NCBI RefSeq assembly: GCF_030028105.1
Contig: NC_092377.1
Span: 3,911,079-3,975,078 of the forward strand
DNA length: 64,000 bases
Direction of reading: 5' to 3'
Source of the DNA: Mobula birostris
Lineage: Eukaryota
Part shown: piece after piece, positions 57,711-64,000 of the stretch
Layout of the letters: each line of letters starts with the position of its first letter
How positions within the stretch are numbered: the stretch's first letter is position 1
The notes under the pieces: model-generated
The model's input: only the letters and a program-made list of their open reading frames with translations
Told to the model about the DNA's origin: nothing
The model's database searches: none
Made by a program: the position numbers and the translations under genes

Positions 57711-60399
57711 TTTAATCAGAATGTTCGACTCCTCCTCTCCTCACCGAGCTGCCATCCGGGAAACCAGTTCTGTGAAACTTCACTGCACTGTCTTCATAGC
57801 AACCATCTCCTTTGTTAGGTCAGGACCCCACAGGGCTGTGTATTGTAGGAAGGTCTCTCGTACTCAGATTGCTTGCAATAAAGGCCAACATGTCATTTGC
57901 CTTCCTAAATGTCTGCTACATGTACAGGTTGTCCTGGAGTGGGGAGATTTAAAGAAGATCTGAGGTTTTCCACACAGAGGGTGATGAGGATCATTGAGAT
58001 TTCCATCCCCTCTTTTGTGACATTTACCGGGCGTGCTGCAGACGAAGGGCTCAAAGCATTGTTGAGGATCTCCACCACCCATCCCACAATCTCTTTGACC
58101 CACTACGGTCAGGAAGGAGGGACAGGAGCATCAGGACTGGGACTGTCAGACCGGGTAACAGCTTCTTCCCTCAGGCTGTGAGACTAATGGATACCCTGTC
58201 ACCACTGAGGTCTCATCACCAGGACAGTGTACTGTTTATTGTTTACCTGTGCTGTACTCTACACAGATTCTGAATGATATTTTATTAACATATTGATGGT
58301 AATATTTGGTTTATGTGCTGTGTGATAAATGTTTTGTGGGTGCACCATGGTCCGGGGGAACATTGTTTCATTTGGTTGTATACATGTACAGTCCGATGAC
58401 AATAAAATTGAACTAGAATGAGCTGCCACAGGATATGGTCGGGTCAGCTACAATTACAACATTTGAAGACATTTTGACAGGTGCTTGGATAGGAAAGGCA
58501 CTGAGGGATAGGGACCCAATGTATGCAAAAGTGATTGCTGCAGATTGGGAACGTGGTCAGGATGGGCAAGATGGGCCTAATGGCCAGTCCTGTAACACTG
58601 TGCTTTACTGTGAGTCCACAATCACACAGAAGGTCATCAGTATGTTCCTGACTGTATATCTGCAAAGCTCTCTTGCCCTTCTTTCTATTTCCCAATTTTA
58701 CCACAAACCAACATATGGAGTCATCATGCTTTCCTCTTGCTTGACCACATCTCTGCATTTACCATCTCACAATCTCCCTTCTGCTCGCCCAGTGAACAAA
58801 TCTGCACGCATTTACCAACCACTCTCTTCCTTCCTCACAGTAAAATCTTGTAATCTACAACCTGCAGTTCCCCTCAAACCAAAATCCAGAAGTTCTGTTG
58901 AATGGATAACTGCCAGGGGCCATTAACCCTGATGTCTGGGCATCACCGTACTCAGTGTCACGGACCAGACTGCTATTATCCACAGCACACTCACCCTGTC
59001 CGGTGGACCACGTAGTTATTTGTTCTCACATTCTCACATCTCCTGGAGAATCTCCCTCCACAGTAATTACTGTCATCTCTGTCCTCTGGTGTTGTAAGAC
59101 TCCTTCAGCCCTATTCTGTACCACTTCCAGCTGCAGTAACATTGTGGTTGTAACTGGACTTGTATCCAGAGAGCTGATCCATTGATCCAAGAACATGGGA
59201 CTTCCAGCCACTGTCTGTGAGGAGTTTATACATTCTCCCTGTGACTGTGTAAGGCTTCCTCCGGGTGCTCTGCTCTCCTCCCACGTTAGTGAGTTGTGGG
59301 CATGTTATGTTGGTGCCAGAAACGTGGTGACAACTGCGATCAGTCTCAGCACATCCTCACACTGTGTGGATTGTTGACACAAATGATGTATTTCACTGTA
59401 CTTCTCAATACTTTAATGTATGTGTGACAAACAAAGCTAATCTATCTTTTAGGAATTACATTTAAGGATTTACTTGAATCGGGGGTTTAAATATAAAAGC
59501 TGGTATAAGTGGACACTGGACTGATGTCTTTCTAGGGAGTAATCAACCTTCCATACCCAGCTTGGCCTCTGTAGGACTCCAGTCCCACCGACATGTTGGT
59601 TCTTCATTATCTCCTCAATCTTCTAAAAACTGGTGGGGAAGCAACGATTGTGAACAAGAACAATTCTATCTCCCCTCCACCCTCCACAGATGCTGCTCGA
59701 CCCACTGAGTTCCTCCCAGATCGTTTGTTGCTCGACCTTCCAGCATCTGCAGTCATGTATCTCCAATGTAGATAATTAAAGTCTAATTCCAATATCTGTT
59801 ATAAAACTTGTACGTAACACTCAATATTGTTGATGAATCTTCATTTCTTCTCTTTAGCTTGACTGAGCACAATATTCTGTCAGTCCAGCTGACCACCCAT
59901 GGTGTTCAGAAGATGCAGCACTCTCCTGAAAAATGTGGTCATTCCATGTCTTGTCAACAGAATGAGGGACAGCTGAGAGCTAGTCATTGTAACCAAGTGC
60001 AATCACAGAATACTCAAGTACAGTCACAGGGAACAGGAGCATAAACAACCCCTCTAATCTGTATAGGGCAGCAGCAAGGTCATGGACCTGATACAGATTA
60101 CAGGGGAGGACATGTTTGCTACCTTGGGGCAAATTAGGGTGGACAGATCACCAGGGCCTGACATGGCGTTCCCTCAGATTCTGTAGGAGGCAAGTGCAGA
60201 AATTGCAGGGGCCAGTGCCAACATATTTAATTCATCCTTCACAACATGTGAGATACCAGAGAACTGGAGGATTTGCCACATACCCCATGCATCTTAATCT
60301 TCTGGATTCACAGTCTGTCACAGGTAAATCTCTCCCCACCATTGAGCACATCCACATGAAGCATTGTTGCAGGTAAGCAGCATCCATTATCAGGGAGCC

Positions 60400-61560
60400 C
60401 TATCACCCAGGTCATGAGGGACCTTGTCAAACACTTTACTGATATCCATGTAGACAACATTGACTGCTCTGCCCTCACCAATCTCTCTCATCATCTTGTC
60501 AAATAGCTTTAGAGTTAGTAAGGCATGACATAATATCATGCTGGCTCTCCCTAATTAGGCCATGGGTCTCCAAATGCTCAAATATCTTATCCTGAAAACT
60601 TTTCTCCAACAATTTCCCTACAACTGATGTGAGACTCACTGGTTTATAGTTCCCAGGATTTTCCTTTATTCTTTTCTTAAAAAGAGGTACCACACTGGCC
60701 ACTCACCACTCCTCTGGGATCTTGTCTGTGGTTAGAGAGGACATGGAGGTTCTGCTCAAGGGGCCAGAAATCTCACCTTTTGCTTCCTTCAATAACTTGG
60801 GGTCAATCATATCAGGCCCTGGGGATGTATCCACCTAAAAACTCCTTATGAGGCCCAACACTTCCTCCTCCTTGACCTCAAAATGCCCAAATGTATTTAT
60901 ATACTCTGCACTGATCTCCTGGTCCTCTATATCTTATTCTTTGGTAAATGCTGAAGCAAAGTACTAAGTACCTCACATACAGTCTCTGCATCCAAGCAAA
61001 TGGTGCCCACTTTATGCTTAAGTGGTCCTACCCTCTACACACTTATCCTCTTCCTCCTGATGTTTCTATAGAATGCTTTGGGATTCACCTTAATCCTACT
61101 TGCCAAGGACTTTTCATGGCCCCTCCTGTCTTTCCTAATTCCCTTTAGTTCTTTTCTGGCTTCTATACACTTCTAATACTCCTCGTGTGCTTTGTTTGAT
61201 CCAAACTTCTAAACTTTACGTACTTTTGCTTTCCCTTCTTGACAAAATTCATCAACTGTCTGGACATCCAAGGTTCTCATATCGTTCCATTGCTGTCCTT
61301 CTTTCTAACAGGAACATGCCCCTCCTGTTCTCTGTGAAATTGATCTTTAAACGACCTCCACATGTCTGATGGGACTAGCCAGGGGAAAAAGGTGTCCCAA
61401 TTAAGACCATAAAACCTAGGAGCAGAATTAGGCCATTTTGCCCATCTGCTCTGCCATTTCATCATGGCTGATCCATTGTTCCTTTTAGCACTAATCTCTT
61501 GCCTTCTCCCCATGTCCCCTCATGCCCTAACCAACCTGTAATTTATCAACCTCTGCCTGA
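60400..61560 (-). mobile_element. Decayed CR1 ORF2 fragments
   Basis: NPGNYKPVSLTSVVGK motif and linker region, plus a second CR1 3' end at about 61400-61560. Confidence 0.7.
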
Positions 61561-61569
61561 AGTATACGT

Positions 61570-64000
61570 AATGGGATTCTCCTGCTGGTTGTGAATGGAG
61601 TAACAGCTTCTTGCAGTTGCTCCTATGTCACTTATTTTACTGTTTCCAATCTGTTTTGAAACCTCACTTTTAAAGGTGATATTTTTTATTATGAGAATGA
61701 GGGGTGCCAAAAGTACTGAGGAAGAAGAAGAAACTCCTGCATCCTTGGATTCTATCATGGATTTGCTTTGAAAACACAGAAAAGAATCTTCCGACGAGTT
61801 CCAACAACTTAGATCTGAACTTAAACTAACGGTTGCAAAATTGGATTCTTTTCAAAAAACCTTAACTGAGCATGATAAATGAATTGAAAAAAATGAAGAA
61901 ACTCTGATGATTTTGAATGCAAGAGTGGATGACCTGCAAAAGCTCTGTGAAAAGCAATCGAAATCTAATGAGAAATTAAGACAGAAGATTATTGATTTAG
62001 AAAACAGAAGTAGAAGAAATAACCTACGAATTCTGGGTCTTGAAGAGTTAATGGAAGGTGATCATCCTACTGAATTCTTTGCAAGCTTTTTGGTACAATT
62101 ATTTCCTAAAATCTTACTGTCTGCACCTATGATCCATCGAGCTCATAGATCGCCTGTGCCTAGACCTCCTCCGGGAGCCAAACCCAGTTCAGTTATAATT
62201 TGTTTTTATCAATTTCAAACAAAGGAATGTTTAATTTGTGAATCTCGTCGAAGAGGAATGATTGATTACAAGAGTCAGAAGATTAGATTGTCGAAGAATT
62301 TTCACCTGAGGTCATGAATGAGCATGCTAAATTCGAAGAGGTTATGTTGAAACTTTTAAACAAAGGTTTAAAGCCGTCTCTTCATTATCCTGCTCGTCCT
62401 AGAATCACTCTGCAAGATGGTGCTGAAGAATGGTTTCGCTCGAGTGAAGAAGCCCAGGAGTTCTTAAAAACAATGGATTGACTGTTTAGTATCTTGCTAT
62501 ATGAATAATTGCTTCTCTTACTTTTGGTGAACCTTCGCAGCTAAACTTCCTTGTGATTTAAATGCTTTATTTAGAGAATAAGATTTTACTGGGTTAGTAC
62601 CGAGTGTGATTATATGTTATGAATTTTGATAAGTTTTTTATTATTTTATACACTTTTTTCAAGGTTTTTTAAAAATCAAAATGGCTTAGTTTGGGTATTT
62701 TTCATTCTATTGTTTTGAAACTGTAATAATTAATCTATTTGTGTTCTTGTTATGAGGGTTAAGTTGTTTTTTGGCTGTTATTTAGTCTAGCTTGGAATAC
62801 ACTTGACCTTAGAATTAATTTGGAGTCAAATTCAGCAGGTTGTTTTGGGAAGGTGATGTCATTAGCTGTAGCTGCCAGCTTCCTTTTTGGCTGGCCTTCT
62901 GACTTTGGGAGGGGAGTGGGGTGTCTCTTTCTGGGAGCTGTTTTGGGTTGTTAGCCAAATCTGTTGCTTGGTTACCCCATTTCAAGGCTTATTGTTTGGT
63001 TTTAATGTTCATTTTATGGATTATTACTTTAATTTCTCTATTAAATAGTATTAATGATGGGTTATACTATTTACGTACTCAGTCTTAACGTGAAAGGATT
63101 AAATCACCCTGTGAAGCGGAATAAGATTTTTGCCTATTTTAAAAAACGTAAGGCCCCAATTATTATTATTATTTTTTTTTTTACAAGAAACACATGTATG
63201 TAATTGTGACAACTTACATCTTTTCAGTTGATGAAATGGACAACATTTTTACTCCCCGTTCCAGGCTAAGTCTCGGGGAGTTTCAATCTTTATGGTTAAT
63301 ACAGTTCCCTTTGTCCAACATAAAGTAGTGTCTGATACTAATGGGAGTTTTGTCATGGTGTCAGGAAAATTAGATAATAAATTAATGGTATTTGCCAATC
63401 TGTGTGCTCTGAATACCGATGATCCAGGATTTTTTAGCGTTTTTCTGTTTCTGCCAGATTTGAACCTTTACTCATTTTAATTGCTGGTTAGATCCAGTTT
63501 TAGATGGGTCATCCTTTAAAAGAGTGTTCACCTAATAAATCAGCTTTGTTTATTTAATCTTTTTTAATGTAATGTGGTATTGTTGATGTATGGAGTTTCT
63601 TAAATCCACCAGATAGGGAGTATTCATTTTTTTCTCATGTCCATCATATGTCTTACAGGATTGATTAATTTTTTTATGGATAGTCAAATGATTCCTTTAG
63701 TTTGATCCTGTGAATATAAAGAAATTGCTGTTTCAGATCATGCTCCGGTGTTTTTATCTTTGAATCTCTCTGGTCTTCCTCAGATAAACAGATCTTGGCA
63801 TTTTAATTTAACTTTGTTATCTGATAAAGATTTCTTAAAATTTCTGGAGAGACAAATTATTCTTTTTTTTTTGAAGAGAATACTTCGGAAGAGCCTGCTA
63901 GTCTTATTAGATGGGGTGCCTTTAAGGTTTTTATTAGAGGTCAAATTATTTCCCATACTGCAAGTGTCAAGAAAAAAAGCTAATAAAGAGAGAATTGAGT
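61570..64000 (+). mobile_element. L1-clade LINE (ORF1 plus APE), decayed, runs off the window end
   Basis: ORF1 RSRRNNLRILG and HRAHRS; ORF2 start SLNVKGLNHP, QETH and SDHAP, with stops and frameshifts. Confidence 0.88.

Noticed and set aside
59050-59150. Ig-like (GSGTE...PED...NYC) or lectin-like (IGLK) motifs in alternative frames
   Set aside because: Motif spacing is wrong, there are in-frame stops, and the motifs lie in different frames; retained only as an unassigned remnant.
59840-60044. Strong plus-strand acceptor (tcttcatttcttctctttag) followed by an open frame
   Set aside because: The peptide is unrecognisable and there are no partner exons or donor.

Overview
Vertebrate genomic DNA. 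The repeat families (CR1 LINEs with (TTCTATG)n tails, Rex1/Babar, L1, Penelope-like elements, V-SINEs) suggest a cartilaginous fish such as a ray or skate; that assignment is inference. Most of the window is nested, decayed transposable elements, and most ORFs in the supplied track are TE fragments or noise. Spread across about 49 kb of this on the minus strand is one phase-compatible spliced gene, assembled by hand from splice sites: leader (50575-50524), two germline-joined VJ-type Ig domains (41885-41523 and 19313-18969), an uncharged transmembrane exon (7936-7817), a cytoplasmic exon with YENV (7650-7577), two mini-exons that together build an ITAM, YMAL-x7-YGHL (2381-2340 and 2249-2207), and a probable last exon (2019-1910). 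The predicted product is an antigen-receptor-like V-V-TM-ITAM protein of about 382 aa with no recombination signals and its own signalling motif. Only the two V exons appear in frame in the ORF track. I could not run searches, so novelty and orthology are unverified. Secondary observations: a Penelope-derived insert with an intact hammerhead ribozyme core, two solo LTRs, internally deleted L1 and Rex1 copies, two long inverted repeats, and one assembly gap (3608-3804).
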